DNA of 64,000 nt from an uncultured candidatus Brocadiaceae bacterium (GTDB lineage: Bacteria; Planctomycetota; UBA1135; UBA2386), in the NCBI GenBank assembly GCA_964469555.1, contig CAYYAQ010000002.1, positions 1,842 to 65,841 on the forward strand, read 5' to 3'. Below the pieces are notes generated by a model. It was not told the origin of the DNA. It worked only from the letters and a program-made list of their open reading frames with translations, and made no database searches. Shown here in pieces: positions 44,643 to 55,388 of this stretch; within the stretch, counting starts at the first letter, position 1, and each line of letters begins with the position of its first letter. The position numbers were made by a program, and so were the translations under genes.

Positions 44643-46166
44643 TCAGGGCCCGGAGTTTCGCGCGACCAGCCAGCGGTTGGCGAAGATCAACGCTGCCAGG
44701 ACTATTGCGAACTGGAACAGGACCGTGCCGGCGTTGAACTCGCGGAGCGGATGCCACCAGTCGTCCGCCCCCTGAGAGGCGTCGTACAACCACCAGACGA
44801 GCAACACGAGGGCCTGCAAGGGCACCAGGACGGCGATGATGACGTCCCACCACCGACCGATGTGGATGTTCGAGTCCGCATGGTTGAGGTGCTCTTCACG
44901 GAAGCGACGCACGCCGGAGCAAATCACGGCAATCGCGAAGAACAGTCCCGCCAGGATCAGGCCGACCCCCCACACCCAGTCCTGGTTGCGGAAGACCTCC
45001 ATGAAAAGCACCGACGGCAAGCCGAGCAGAAAGCCGACAACACCCACGATGCGGATCGCCTTGCGCCGCTCGACGCCTGCGTCAACAAACGTCCGGGTCA
45101 CCAGCTCGACCATCGACACGAGACTCGTGAACGCGGCGAAGGACAGGGCGAGAAAGAACAACACCATGAAGAACGTGCCCCACGGCAGTGTGGCGAATAG
45201 CCGCGGCATCCAGACGAACGTCAAACCTTCGTTGTTCTGCTGGAAGATCGTCGTTTGCACGAGTTCGGGTGTCAGCGCCTGCCCCGACTCGATCGCGGCC
45301 TCGAGCTTCGGGAAGCCCTTCAGTGCCTCCGGATTCGCGACCAGATCCGGCACGACCGAGAACACGGTGCACAAGATCATCATCGCCGCGAGCAGGGAGA
45401 TCGCGTTGTTCGCAATCGGCAGGATCACGCCGTTGAGCGCCGTGTCCTCCTTCTCGCGAAGGTACGCCGCGTAGCACAGCACCAGACCGAATCCGGCGCC
45501 CGTATCCCACGCGTTCTGGGTCAGGGCTTCCAGCCACAGCGTTGGCTCCGAGAGCCGCGACCAGTCGACGCTGAAGAGATAGTCCAGCCCTTCACCAGCG
45601 CCGGGCAGGGTCAACGCGCGCACGGTCAGCACGATGACGAGCACGATCAGCGATGGCATCAACAGCTTGCCGACCTTCTCGATCGAACGCACACCTCGCC
45701 CCACCACGAACGCCGCACCGCCGATCATCAGCCCGTGCGTGAGAGCCGGCCACCATGAGGTGCTGTACTCCGCCCAGAACTCCCCCGGAGATTCCCCAGG
45801 GATCTCGCCGGTCACGGAGGCGACGAAGAAGCGCAGCGTCCAACCCGCGACGACCGAGTACGTGAACATGATCCCCGACGTCACGACCACCGCGAACGCA
45901 CCCATCCACGCCCAGCGCGGACCGATCGCTTTCATCAACGTACGGATCGGACCTCGACGGTGCTTCCGCCCGAGCCCGAACTCCAACAGGATGAGTGGAA
46001 TCGACCAGATCACCAGGAACACCACCCACGGGATCAAGAACTCGCCACCGCCGTTCTTCGCGGCGATGCGCGGGAACCGCCAGATGTTCCCGGTGCCGAC
46101 CGCCATGCCGAGCATGGCGAGCATCATTCCCCAACGCGAACCGAAGCGCTCGGGTTGTTCGGTCAC
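44643..46166 (-). CDS. sodium-dependent transporter, NSS/SNF family
   Basis: Contains [28 protein letters not shown] and about 12 TM segments. Its start overlaps the upstream stop. Confidence 0.9.
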   Translation of the reverse strand: MTEQPERFGSRWGMMLAMLGMAVGTGNIWRFPRIAAKNGGGEFLIPWVVFLVIWSIPLILLEFGLGRKHRRGPIRTLMKAIGPRWAWMGAFAVVVTSGIMFTYSVVAGWTLRFFVASVTGEIPGESPGEFWAEYSTSWWPALTHGLMIGGAAFVVGRGVRSIEKVGKLLMPSLIVLVIVLTVRALTLPGAGEGLDYLFSVDWSRLSEPTLWLEALTQNAWDTGAGFGLVLCYAAYLREKEDTALNGVILPIANNAISLLAAMMILCTVFSVVPDLVANPEALKGFPKLEAAIESGQALTPELVQTTIFQQNNEGLTFVWMPRLFATLPWGTFFMVLFFLALSFAAFTSLVSMVELVTRTFVDAGVERRKAIRIVGVVGFLLGLPSVLFMEVFRNQDWVWGVGLILAGLFFAIAVICSGVRRFREEHLNHADSNIHIGRWWDVIIAVLVPLQALVLLVWWLYDASQGADDWWHPLREFNAGTVLFQFAIVLAALIFANRWLVARNSGP

Positions 46167-47269
46167 GCCGTCAGATCGACGACCGGATCGCCGAGCACGT
46201 CCATCCGCGGCGCGATGCCGAGACCGGGTTCTGTCGACGCGCGCATCCGCCCATTGTCACGCTGCGGTGCACCCTCGGCGGTACTGACGGTGACGTAGCT
46301 GTTGAAGTCGGTCGCCGTGAACAGGAGTTCGGTCGGCGTGCTGTGCGCCAGGTGCGAGATCGCCGCCGTGACGATGTCGCCGCCCCAGCTGTCCTCGATC
46401 GTCATGGCGATGCCGAGCGCAACACACAGGTCCCGCGCCTGCTTGGCCTTCGTCAGCCCGCCGAACTTGCTGATCTTGATGTTGATGCAGTCCATCGCGG
46501 CGTCGGCGTGACCGCGCAACAAGACATCGAGCCCATCGATCGACTCGTCCATGACAAACGGATGATCCGTGTGCCTGCGGATGCTGAGGCATTCCTCGTA
46601 CGAATCGCACGGCTGTTCGATGTAGACATCGACGTCTTTCACGCCGCGCACGACGCGCATCGCGTCCTTCATCAACCAACCGGTGTTCGCGTCGGCGATC
46701 AGCACGTCACCGGACTGCATCAACGCGCCGACAGCCTTGATCCTCTCGATGTCGACGTCCGGATCACCGCCCACCTTGAGCTGGAACCGCCGGTAACCCT
46801 CGTCCCGATAGCCCGCGACCTTGGCCGCCATCGCTTCGGGTTCCTCCTGGGAGATCGCGCGGTAGAGCACGAAGTCTTCGCCGAATCGTCCACCGAGCAG
46901 AGTCACCACGGGTTGACCGGTCACCTTGCCGAGGATGTCCCAGCACGCCATGTCGATCGCCGACTTCACGTAGGGATGACCCTTGAGCGCCGCGTCCATC
47001 ATGCGGTTGAGCGGCCAGAGCTGCGTCGGGTCCATGCCGAAGAGGTGCGGGGCGAGTTCGGCGATGCCCGTCCGGGCTCCGCTGCCGTACGCCGGGAGGT
47101 AGAACGGCCCGAGGGGGCAGACTTCGCCGAATCCAACGAGACCCGATTCCGTCTCGATACGGACGATCGTGCAGTCGAACACATCGACGGACTTGCCACC
47201 TGACCACTTGTAGCTCCCCTCGTGTAGGGGAAGGTCGACCTGGAACGCGGAGATTCGTTTGATACGCAT
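46163..47269 (-). CDS. enolase-superfamily enzyme (mandelate racemase / muconate lactonising family)
   Basis: Start at MRIKRISAF. Metal ligands are in DANTGW, IEQP and MDES contexts. Also contains KISKFGG. Confidence 0.85.
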   Translation of the reverse strand: MRIKRISAFQVDLPLHEGSYKWSGGKSVDVFDCTIVRIETESGLVGFGEVCPLGPFYLPAYGSGARTGIAELAPHLFGMDPTQLWPLNRMMDAALKGHPYVKSAIDMACWDILGKVTGQPVVTLLGGRFGEDFVLYRAISQEEPEAMAAKVAGYRDEGYRRFQLKVGGDPDVDIERIKAVGALMQSGDVLIADANTGWLMKDAMRVVRGVKDVDVYIEQPCDSYEECLSIRRHTDHPFVMDESIDGLDVLLRGHADAAMDCINIKISKFGGLTKAKQARDLCVALGIAMTIEDSWGGDIVTAAISHLAHSTPTELLFTATDFNSYVTVSTAEGAPQRDNGRMRASTEPGLGIAPRMDVLGDPVVDLTA

Positions 47270-47356
47270 GGGCCGCGCAGCATAGCGCGGCGGACCGCGC
47301 AATCTACCGAGCTCTTGACAGTGCGGCCCGCGGGCCGGAACGTGTACGCCCCCCCC

Positions 47357-48565
47357 GTGCATAGCAAACCATTCACTGTCAACGGTCGAACCTATCGACC
47401 GCCGTCCCGACCCATTGTCGTCATCTGCATCGACGGCTGCGCCGACGAGTATCTGAGCGCCGCGATGTGCCGAGACCGCCTGCCGAACATCCAGAAGATG
47501 GCGGCCCAGGGCTACCGCGGAATGTGCCGCGCGGCTCTCCCGGCGTTCACGAACGTCAACAACGCCGCGATCTGCACCGGACTGCCACCATCGAAGACGG
47601 GCATCTGCGGCAACTACTTCCTCGACCCGGATACCGGCGAAGAGGTGATGTCGAATTCGGCGAAATATCTCCTCGCCGACAACCTCCTCGTCGCAGCCGC
47701 GGACGCGGATCGAAAGGTCGCGTTTGTCACCTCGAAGGACAAGCTGCGCAAGTTCCTGTCCGAAGGACTGAACGGGATCGCATTCTCAGCCGAGAAAGCG
47801 GACGCGGACATCGAGGCGATGGTCGGCCAGAGCAGGCCCGACATCTATAGCGCCGCGGCGAGCGTTTTCGTCTTGCAAGCCGGCGTCGCGATGGTCCGAC
47901 AAGAGAAAGCCGACTTCCTGTATCTCTCGTTGACCGACTACATCCAGCACAAGCACGCACCCGACGAGGAAGAGGCGCTGCAGTTCTACGAGGATCTCGA
48001 CCGCGAGATCGGACTCCTTCTCGAACTCGGGTGCACGATCGGGATCACGGCGGACCACGGGATGAACGCGAAGCACGGTCTGGACGGCGCGCCGAATGTT
48101 CTCTACCTCGAGTCCGAGTTGGCAGCGAAGTTCGGAGACGGCATCCGCGTAATCTGCCCGATCACCGACCCGTACGTCGTGCACCATGGCGCGCTCGGCG
48201 GTGCCGTGACCGTGTTCCTGCCCCCCGAAGCAAACCGCGCCGAGGTCGCCGCGTGGATCGCCGGACTCGATCGCGTGTCCGAAGTGTTCACGCGGGAACT
48301 CGCCGCAAAGAAACTCGAACTCGTGCCGGATCGCATCGGAGACATCTACGTGCTGGCGGAGCGAGACGCCGTCCTCGGTCGCACCGCCGAGCACCACGAC
48401 CTGTCGGGATTGGATCGCCCCCTGCGTTCGCACGGTGGGCGCTACGAAGAAATGGTCCCGCTCATCGTCTCCGAACCGCTATCGTCCGACTACCGGATGA
48501 AGGCGCTAGGGGACCCCCGCAACTTCGACATCTTCGACTTCGTCTGCAACGGAGCCGCGCAGTGA
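47357..48565 (+). CDS. phnA: phosphonoacetate hydrolase
   Basis: Colinear with Pseudomonas PhnA as I recall it ([62 protein letters not shown]). GTG start at 47357. Confidence 0.9.
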   Translation: MHSKPFTVNGRTYRPPSRPIVVICIDGCADEYLSAAMCRDRLPNIQKMAAQGYRGMCRAALPAFTNVNNAAICTGLPPSKTGICGNYFLDPDTGEEVMSNSAKYLLADNLLVAAADADRKVAFVTSKDKLRKFLSEGLNGIAFSAEKADADIEAMVGQSRPDIYSAAASVFVLQAGVAMVRQEKADFLYLSLTDYIQHKHAPDEEEALQFYEDLDREIGLLLELGCTIGITADHGMNAKHGLDGAPNVLYLESELAAKFGDGIRVICPITDPYVVHHGALGGAVTVFLPPEANRAEVAAWIAGLDRVSEVFTRELAAKKLELVPDRIGDIYVLAERDAVLGRTAEHHDLSGLDRPLRSHGGRYEEMVPLIVSEPLSSDYRMKALGDPRNFDIFDFVCNGAAQ

Positions 48566-49974
48566 AAACCCCGTGCTACATCGGGGGTAAGGCGGTCACG
48601 AGTGAGACATTGCTCGACGTCATCTACCCCTACACGGGAGAGATCGTGGGCCAGGTGTGCATGGTCGGTCAGCCCGAACTCGAGCGCGCGATCACCTCGA
48701 TGCGGGCCGGCGGCGATCCGCTAACGCGGCATCAGCGCTTCGAGATCCTCGACTCCGCACGCCGGTTGCTGGGCGAGCGTGCCGACGAATTCGCCAACCT
48801 GATCCGCAGCGAGTCGGGCCTGTGCATGCGTGAGACCCGCTACGAGGTGGGACGCGCCCAGGACGTGCTGCAGTTCGCTTCGATGGAAGCGCTGAAGGAC
48901 GACGGGCAGATCTTCTCCTGCGATGTCACGCCGCACGGCAAAGCGCGCAAGATCTTCACGACGCGCGAGCCCTTGCGATCCATCGCGGCGATCACGCCGT
49001 TCAACCACCCGCTCAACCAGGTTGCGCACAAGCTGGCGCCTGCAATCGCAGTGGGTGCGCCGATGATTCTCAAGCCATCGGAGAAGACTCCGCTCACGGC
49101 GATTCGTCTCGCCGAGCTCTTCTACGAGGCAGGATTGCCAGGATGGATGCTCAGCGTGCTCGTCGGACCGATCGACACCGTCGTTGAACCGATGATTCGC
49201 GACGAGCGGATCGAATTGGTCAGCTTCACGGGCAGCATCGCGATCGGCAAGCACATCGCGGACATCGCCGGCTACAAGAAGATCTGTCTGGAACTCGGCG
49301 GCAACTCGCCGTTGATCGTTCTGGAAGACGCGGACCTTCAGAAAGCCGTCGGTCTGGCAGCCGAGGGTTGCTACCGGAACTCGGGTCAACGCTGTACCGC
49401 AGTCAAGCGCATCCTCGTACACCGCGACATCGTCGACGGGTTCACTTCGGCAATGGTCGAGAAGACGAAGGAATATCGGGCCGGTGATCCAGCGGATCCC
49501 GAGACGCGCGTCGGGACGGTCATCGACGAAGCCGCCGCGATCGACCTCGAACGGCGGGTCCAAGACGCGACCGCCGCGGGCGCGCGGGTATTGATCGGTG
49601 GCGGTCGCGATGGCGCGCAGATGGAAGCGACAGTGATCGCGGAGGTGCCGAGGGACGTCGAGATGGTTCGCACGGAGTCGTTCGGTCCGCTGGCCCCCAT
49701 CATCGCAATCGACGACCTCGACGACGCGATCGACCTCGCGAACTCCACAGGCTACGCGCTGTCGTGCGGGATCGTCACCAACGACCTCTCACGCGCGCTC
49801 GAGGCGGTGAAACGCGTGCGCACGGGCACGGTCAACGTCAACGAAATACCGGGCTACCGGATCGAGTGTTCGCCCTTTGGTGGTGTCGAGAACTCCGGTC
49901 TCGGGATCAAGGAGGGCGTCATCGAGGAGATGAAGTTCATGACGAACGTCAAGACGTTCTCGTTGCCGTGGTAG
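48562..49974 (+). CDS. phnY: aldehyde dehydrogenase, PhnY-like (phosphonoacetaldehyde dehydrogenase candidate)
   Basis: ALDH pattern (ITPFNHPL, KPSEKTPL, ELGGNSP, Cys in GQRCTAV). Its GTG overlaps the phnA stop (GTGA). Confidence 0.8.
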   Translation: MKTPCYIGGKAVTSETLLDVIYPYTGEIVGQVCMVGQPELERAITSMRAGGDPLTRHQRFEILDSARRLLGERADEFANLIRSESGLCMRETRYEVGRAQDVLQFASMEALKDDGQIFSCDVTPHGKARKIFTTREPLRSIAAITPFNHPLNQVAHKLAPAIAVGAPMILKPSEKTPLTAIRLAELFYEAGLPGWMLSVLVGPIDTVVEPMIRDERIELVSFTGSIAIGKHIADIAGYKKICLELGGNSPLIVLEDADLQKAVGLAAEGCYRNSGQRCTAVKRILVHRDIVDGFTSAMVEKTKEYRAGDPADPETRVGTVIDEAAAIDLERRVQDATAAGARVLIGGGRDGAQMEATVIAEVPRDVEMVRTESFGPLAPIIAIDDLDDAIDLANSTGYALSCGIVTNDLSRALEAVKRVRTGTVNVNEIPGYRIECSPFGGVENSGLGIKEGVIEEMKFMTNVKTFSLPW

Positions 49975-51032
49975 TCGCGAAGCTCCAGGTCTTCGACGGC
50001 GCCAGGCAACCATTCCGCGCCGAGGAGCGCGAGTTCAACCCCAAGGATCTCGCGCCAGGCGAAGCGCTCGTGGAGATCTCGCTGGCGACGGTGTGTGGCT
50101 CCGACCTCCACACCTTCGACGGCAAGCGCGTCGAGGACACGCCGTGCGTCCTCGGTCACGAGGCGGTCGGACGCGTGGTCGCCGTCGCGGACCAAACCGA
50201 CGTCGCGGTCGGCGACCGGGTCACGTGGTCGATCGCGGACAGCTGCGGCGAATGCCCGGCGTGCACGAGCTTCGGATTGCCGGAGAAGTGCGAGCGTCTG
50301 TTCAAGTACGGGCACGCACCGCTCACGAACGGTTCGGGGTTGAACGGCAGCTATGCATCGCACATCGTCGTGCGCCGCGGAACCCACGTCGTTCGTCTAC
50401 CCGATGAGGTCGTGGACGCGGTGGCGGCACCCGCCAACTGCGCTCTCGCAACGATGGTCAATGCGATTTCGGGCACGCCAAAGAATGTGAAGAAGGTCGT
50501 GATCCAAGGCGGGGGGTTGCTCGGTATATACGGCTGCGCGTTGCTCCGCGAACGTGGCGTACCCGACGTGTACTGCACGGACCTGGACACGCGCCGCTTC
50601 GACATCATCGAGCGCTTCGGCGGCAAGGCAGTCGACGCCTCGCAAGCCGACTCGGATCTCGACTCGGTTCGCGGACAGATCGATGCGGTGTTCGAGGTCG
50701 CGGGTGTGAAGGAGCTGATTCCTCAGGGCGTCTCGTTGCTGCGCCCGGGAGGATTCTACGGGTTGGTCGGTCTGGTCCATCCCGATTCCGCGCTGGGCAT
50801 TACCGCGGAACAGCTGATCCGGAAATGCCTCACACTCCGAGGATTTCACAACTACTCGCCGGACCACCTCGATGCCGCGGTCGAATTCCTCGCGCGCCAC
50901 GTCGGGAAGTTGCCGTTCGAGGATCTCGTCGGCCCTCCTGTCGATCTCACGCGATTGGATGAGGCGTTCGCGAGTACGCGGAGGCGCGACGAGTTCAGGG
51001 TCTCCGTCTGCCACGGTGCGACCGGGAAATAG
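49968..51032 (+). CDS. zinc-dependent alcohol dehydrogenase (phosphonate-cluster-associated type)
   Basis: Contains CGSDLH, GHEAVGRV and CGECPACTS, plus a GGGLLG Rossmann motif. Its start overlaps the phnY stop. Confidence 0.85.
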   Translation: MVVAKLQVFDGARQPFRAEEREFNPKDLAPGEALVEISLATVCGSDLHTFDGKRVEDTPCVLGHEAVGRVVAVADQTDVAVGDRVTWSIADSCGECPACTSFGLPEKCERLFKYGHAPLTNGSGLNGSYASHIVVRRGTHVVRLPDEVVDAVAAPANCALATMVNAISGTPKNVKKVVIQGGGLLGIYGCALLRERGVPDVYCTDLDTRRFDIIERFGGKAVDASQADSDLDSVRGQIDAVFEVAGVKELIPQGVSLLRPGGFYGLVGLVHPDSALGITAEQLIRKCLTLRGFHNYSPDHLDAAVEFLARHVGKLPFEDLVGPPVDLTRLDEAFASTRRRDEFRVSVCHGATGK

Positions 51033-51043
51033 ACTGCCGGACC

Positions 51044-51365
51044 ATGCCCGCAGGAACCATAGTGATCCACGTCCTGCGTCCGATCGAAGACGTGTTCGCC
51101 TTCGTCGGCGACCTGGAGACCGCTCCACAATGGGTGCCCGATCTTGTTTCGATGCGAAAGGTGACCGAAGGGGCCATCGCGATTCCAGGTGCGTTACGCG
51201 CTCGAATCGGACGAGGGTGGAACGAAGCTCACCCACGACTACACGATGCAGATGACTGATTGTTTCTGGATCATGACTCCGTTCGTCCACGGCTGGGTGA
51301 AGAAGAACTCCCGCGCAGGGTTGGACAATCTTCGGAAGCTGCTGACGAGCGAAGCCGAGTCGTAG
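51044..51365 (+). pseudogene. SRPBCC (START/polyketide-cyclase-like) gene with internal deletion and frameshift
   Basis: Frame A: MPAGTIVIHVLRPIEDVFAFVGDLETAPQWVPDLVSMRKVTEGAIAI. Frame +1 from about 51186: QVRYALESDEGGTKLTHDYTMQMTDCFWIMTPFVHGWVKKNSRAGLDNLRKLLTSEAES*. Together that is about 106 aa versus about 145 expected. Confidence 0.6.
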
Positions 51366-51413
51366 TCGCCCTCGTGCGCCTCATTTGCCGGCGCGCCTCC
51401 GCGCTCTTCGAAC

Positions 51414-52985
51414 CTACTTCGCAGGCGGCATCTGCAGTGGTTCTGGCTCGCCGGTCTTGCGGTCGACGGGCCACTGCGCGTCCAGACGCGACATCTCCGC
51501 CTGAAGAGTGCCCGCGAGTTTCGAAAGTCGTGCAGGTTCGGATTCGGCCAGGTTGTGGGTCTCCGAGATGTCCGTCTCCAGGTCATACAGCTCCCACCGC
51601 CGTGCGTTGTAGAAGTAGATCACCTTCCACCTCCCCTCGCGCATCGCGCTGTGCGGTTCGTATCCTGGTCCGCGCGGCCCCCACACGTGAGGGTAGTGAA
51701 AGACGAGCCGCCGGTTCGGTTTTGACTTCTCGCCCAGCCAGTACGGTCGCATGTCGTGACCATCGATCGCTCGGTCCTTTGGAATCTCGGCGCCGGCGAC
51801 TCCCAGCAGCGTCGGGAACAGGTCCTCACAGATCAACGGCTGGTCGGAACTCGAGCCCGCCTCGAGCGGCAATTGTTTTTGAACTGCTGCCTTCGCATCG
51901 GGCTTCGCCCAACAAACGAGGAAGGGGACGCGAGTTCCACCTTCATACGCCGACGCCTTGCCCGCGCGCAACGGCCAGTTGTGCGAATTGGCCCCGGTGT
52001 TTCGTGGAGACTTGCCGCGGGCGTGCGCGCTCAACCCACCGTTGTCCGACGTGAAGATGACCAAGGTGTTCTCAGCGACGCCGAGCATTTCGAAATGATC
52101 GAGAAGCGACTGCAGGCTCGCATCCATGCCTTCGACCATCGACGCGTAGCGCTGCTCGGCTACCGGAATGTCGATCTCGGTCTTGTCGTACTTCCGACCG
52201 CGGTAGTTCTGCATGAACCTACCGTGCGGTCGAATCGGCGCGTGCACGGCATAGTGTGCCATGTAGAGGTAGAACGGTTTCTTCGCACCGACCGCGCTCG
52301 ACACCGCCTTCTTGGCTTCGGTAGTACACGCGTCGGTCAAGTGTACGTCCTTGCCGTGGTACGCCTCGAGACCCGGTATCCCCCAGGGCAGCGTGCGCCC
52401 ACCTTTCTTCTTGTTGCCGAAGTTCGTCTTGCCGTGGTACGACCCCGGCCCGCCGGCAGCGTGACCCGCGATGTTGACATCGAATCCGAGGTTTCGAGGA
52501 TCGCTACCCTTCGTTCCATGCGCGCCCCAGTGCGCCTTGCCGCAGTGGATCGTGAAGTAGCCCGCCTTGCGAAGAAGCACCGCGAGCGTGGCGTCACTCG
52601 GCTGGAGTCCGTCCTTCTGCCAGTTCTTCGGTGGACCAACACGGCCCCACTTGCCGGACTGATCCTTGCCCTTCGTCAACGTCCAGTTGGTCACGTGGTG
52701 CCGTACCGGGTTTTGACCCGTCATGATGGATGTGCGGGTAGGGCTGCAGACGGAGTGACTGTAGGCGTTCGTGAACCGCACTCCCTGCGCGGCCAGCCGT
52801 TCCATCGCCGGCGTTCGGAAGTGATCGTTGAACTTCGTACGCTTCGACCAAAACGCGACGGACGTGTCCTGCCATCCCATGTCATCCACGAGAAACAAGA
52901 GGATGTTCGGTCGGGATTGCGCGCTCAGCGGCGCGATCGTCGCGACGATCCAGAGAACGAAGACGAGGGTCCTGTCGAAGTGCAC
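51414..52985 (-). CDS. sulfatase (Cys-type)
   Basis: GTG start giving VHFDRTLVFVLWIVATIAPLSAQ. Contains NILLFLVDDMGW and CSPTRTSIMTG. Confidence 0.9.
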   Translation of the reverse strand: MHFDRTLVFVLWIVATIAPLSAQSRPNILLFLVDDMGWQDTSVAFWSKRTKFNDHFRTPAMERLAAQGVRFTNAYSHSVCSPTRTSIMTGQNPVRHHVTNWTLTKGKDQSGKWGRVGPPKNWQKDGLQPSDATLAVLLRKAGYFTIHCGKAHWGAHGTKGSDPRNLGFDVNIAGHAAGGPGSYHGKTNFGNKKKGGRTLPWGIPGLEAYHGKDVHLTDACTTEAKKAVSSAVGAKKPFYLYMAHYAVHAPIRPHGRFMQNYRGRKYDKTEIDIPVAEQRYASMVEGMDASLQSLLDHFEMLGVAENTLVIFTSDNGGLSAHARGKSPRNTGANSHNWPLRAGKASAYEGGTRVPFLVCWAKPDAKAAVQKQLPLEAGSSSDQPLICEDLFPTLLGVAGAEIPKDRAIDGHDMRPYWLGEKSKPNRRLVFHYPHVWGPRGPGYEPHSAMREGRWKVIYFYNARRWELYDLETDISETHNLAESEPARLSKLAGTLQAEMSRLDAQWPVDRKTGEPEPLQMPPAK

Positions 52986-53127
52986 GGGGACATGATGCCC
53001 GATGTCACCTGAGACGGCACGTTCGTCATCTACTTCCTCGGCGTACACGGTCGGATGCCTCCCGGGATCGATGGGAAGCGGAACACGGTCTTCGTTCCCC
53101 ACACGGCGAGCTCGCGTGACGGCAGCT

Positions 53128-54951
53128 TCATGCTTGCGCTCCTCGTTGCGTCCCGTCGATCCGCCAGTCGACGAGCGGAACCAACTCCGCCGCCCAGTCG
53201 CGCGACGATCGTCTGCGAGGTGCGCCGAATCGCACCCACCACCCGCGACGCGTCGCGTTCCCCTTCGCGTCGACAACACGTCCACGCACGGCAAATTCGT
53301 TGCTCGTAATCGCGTCTCCGGTCGGCGTGTCCACGACGGCCATGTAGCAGTAGCGGCTGTCCTGGTCGCAGACCGTTTCGGCGTTGATATGCATGACGTA
53401 GGTGCCCGGTGGGTCCAGGAACCACGCTCCTACGTCCTTGCTACCTCGCTTGCGCCGGAACCAGTCGAGAAACGCCTGGTTGCCCGCTGTGGGTTCGTAC
53501 TCGAGCACTGCTGCAAACGGCCAGGCCTTGCCCGTACTCGTGACGACCTTGTCCTTTCGCCAATGCCGCACGCCACTCCCGGACACGGGTCCGAGTGCGA
53601 TCACAGGCTTGCCCTTCTCGATACGCCAGCCGGACGTGTGCGCTTCGGCTCGGCGGGCAAGTGCCTTTTGAATAACGTTGCGATGGCGGGCACGGACGAA
53701 CGGACGCGTGTAGATGTAGAGCGCGACATGCGGGGCGCACGCGGACTCCCTGGCGGCGAGTTGCACGGGCTTGCCCACGAGCCAGGTCCGGAGCTTGTTC
53801 TCGAGTTCCACGACTCCGAAACCGAAGACGTTCTTTAGTGCGATCGTGACCGCCGTTCCGCGCTTGATCTCACGGGCGAGACGACCGACGTGCGGACCGC
53901 TGTGCTCGCTGATGCAATACGACACAAGGGCGAACGACACAACGTGTTCTTCCGGCGTGAGGTCAGCCAGATCCTTGCCGAAGACCGTCGGGATTCGGGG
54001 AAGCGTGCCGTCGCTGGCCATGGCCTTCGCGGCATCGAGCCACTTACCGCGCCGGAACCTCAGCGGAGCCTGGGCCCGCTCGTGGTAGCAGGAGTTGGTG
54101 CAGATGCCGCCGCCGGCGCGCGCCTCGAAGTAGTGCGCGAGGCCTCCATCGAGCCAGCCGTGGCCGCGCTCACCAATCCATCCAGAGGGCGCGATGTTCG
54201 ACAGCAGGAGGTGCACGACGTTGTGCGCGAGGTTTCGGTGCAGCGCTGCGTCGTCGCGAAGATCCGCGACGTCGTGGTGCATCGCGTAGATCATGGCGTC
54301 GCCGAGACGTTTGATACCGACTCCCTGGTGGACGAGGCCGGTCGCGTTCGGGCAAACGCGGCGGTGGTCGGATCCGCGTTGTTGGACGAGGACGTAGAGC
54401 CTTGGCGACGGCAACACGCGACCGACGGGCCACGCGACAGTCTTCACATACACAGGAAGGGCGGGGAAGTCCGTCGCCTTCAATCCCAGGGTTTCGACAA
54501 AGCTCCGCCGCGTGTCCCCGATGCGCCTCGCGTAGATGTGCATCAGGAGATGAGAATCGCTGGACGGGCCGGATTCGATCTTCGCGGGAGCGAAGACGAG
54601 ATCGAGGTTCGGGGTGCGGCAGTGCATGGCCACCCGGAGTCGGCCCTTCTCATTTTCCGCGGCCTTCAGGAGATCATTGCGACGGGACTCGAGCCAGTTC
54701 CGCACAAGGGATCGCCGCGCGAGGATCGACTTGTCGGAGCTGGCGTGGTCGCACCTTGGACAGGAGACTCGGTTTGCGCCGCGACACTGTGCGCACGCGA
54801 AAGCCACGCTGCACAGCACATCCGCCCGTTCGTGGACCAGCGGGCATCGCTTGCACGCGACGGCGCCCGTGCCCTTGCAGGTCGCGCACGCACTCTGGCC
54901 GGGCAGTGTCGATGCCAGCGTGAGCAACGCGAGGCAGACGTACTTCCACAT
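53128..54951 (-). CDS. secreted protein with two DnaJ-type CxxCxGxG zinc-finger modules and a large uncharacterised domain
   Basis: Signal peptide (MWKYVCLALLTLASTLPGQS). Contains CATCKGTGAVACKRC and CAQCRGANRVSCPRC. Mid-protein AHNVVH resembles a degenerate HExxH. Confidence 0.7.
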   Translation of the reverse strand: MWKYVCLALLTLASTLPGQSACATCKGTGAVACKRCPLVHERADVLCSVAFACAQCRGANRVSCPRCDHASSDKSILARRSLVRNWLESRRNDLLKAAENEKGRLRVAMHCRTPNLDLVFAPAKIESGPSSDSHLLMHIYARRIGDTRRSFVETLGLKATDFPALPVYVKTVAWPVGRVLPSPRLYVLVQQRGSDHRRVCPNATGLVHQGVGIKRLGDAMIYAMHHDVADLRDDAALHRNLAHNVVHLLLSNIAPSGWIGERGHGWLDGGLAHYFEARAGGGICTNSCYHERAQAPLRFRRGKWLDAAKAMASDGTLPRIPTVFGKDLADLTPEEHVVSFALVSYCISEHSGPHVGRLAREIKRGTAVTIALKNVFGFGVVELENKLRTWLVGKPVQLAARESACAPHVALYIYTRPFVRARHRNVIQKALARRAEAHTSGWRIEKGKPVIALGPVSGSGVRHWRKDKVVTSTGKAWPFAAVLEYEPTAGNQAFLDWFRRKRGSKDVGAWFLDPPGTYVMHINAETVCDQDSRYCYMAVVDTPTGDAITSNEFAVRGRVVDAKGNATRRGWWVRFGAPRRRSSRDWAAELVPLVDWRIDGTQRGAQA

Positions 54952-55141
54952 GACGTGACCTTACCGCATCTCATCGAAAGAGTGCGCGCGATCGGGCGGG
55001 GCCCCTTCCCGACCGGAGCGCGGATGGGTAAATCAAGGGGTGCCCCGCCTCCTGCTATCTACCAAGACCATCCATTCATCGGAGACACGGCATCTCGCAC
55101 AACAGCGTCTCCAACTGCATCGTCTTTCCAGTCAGCGGCAC

Positions 55142-55381
55142 CTGATCCACCCCGGTCGATACAAGGTGCGTGAGACGTTCTCGCCTTCACACATCCACAC
55201 CTAGGTCGAAGCCAAGGGCTACAAGACGCTGATCACACAGCTGTACTTCAAGGGCGACCCGTTCAACAAGACGGACCGGTTCATCAAGGGCTCGCTGATC
55301 ATCGACCCGAAGAGAATCCGGCTCGGCAGCGATCGCTCCTACAAGCCCGGCGTGCTCGACATCGTGCTGAAGAAGGCGTAG
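55142..55381 (+). pseudogene. C-terminal remnant of an intradiol-dioxygenase-like gene with in-frame TAG
   Basis: Reads ...LIHPGRYKVRETFSPSHIHT*VEAKGYKTLITQLYFKGDPFNKTDRF.... This matches the RPxHIHFKV.A.GY..L.TQLYF.GD pattern. The TAG at 55202-55204 sits where a Lys is expected. No start codon and no upstream catalytic part. Confidence 0.5.
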
Positions 55382-55388
55382 CCGCGGC

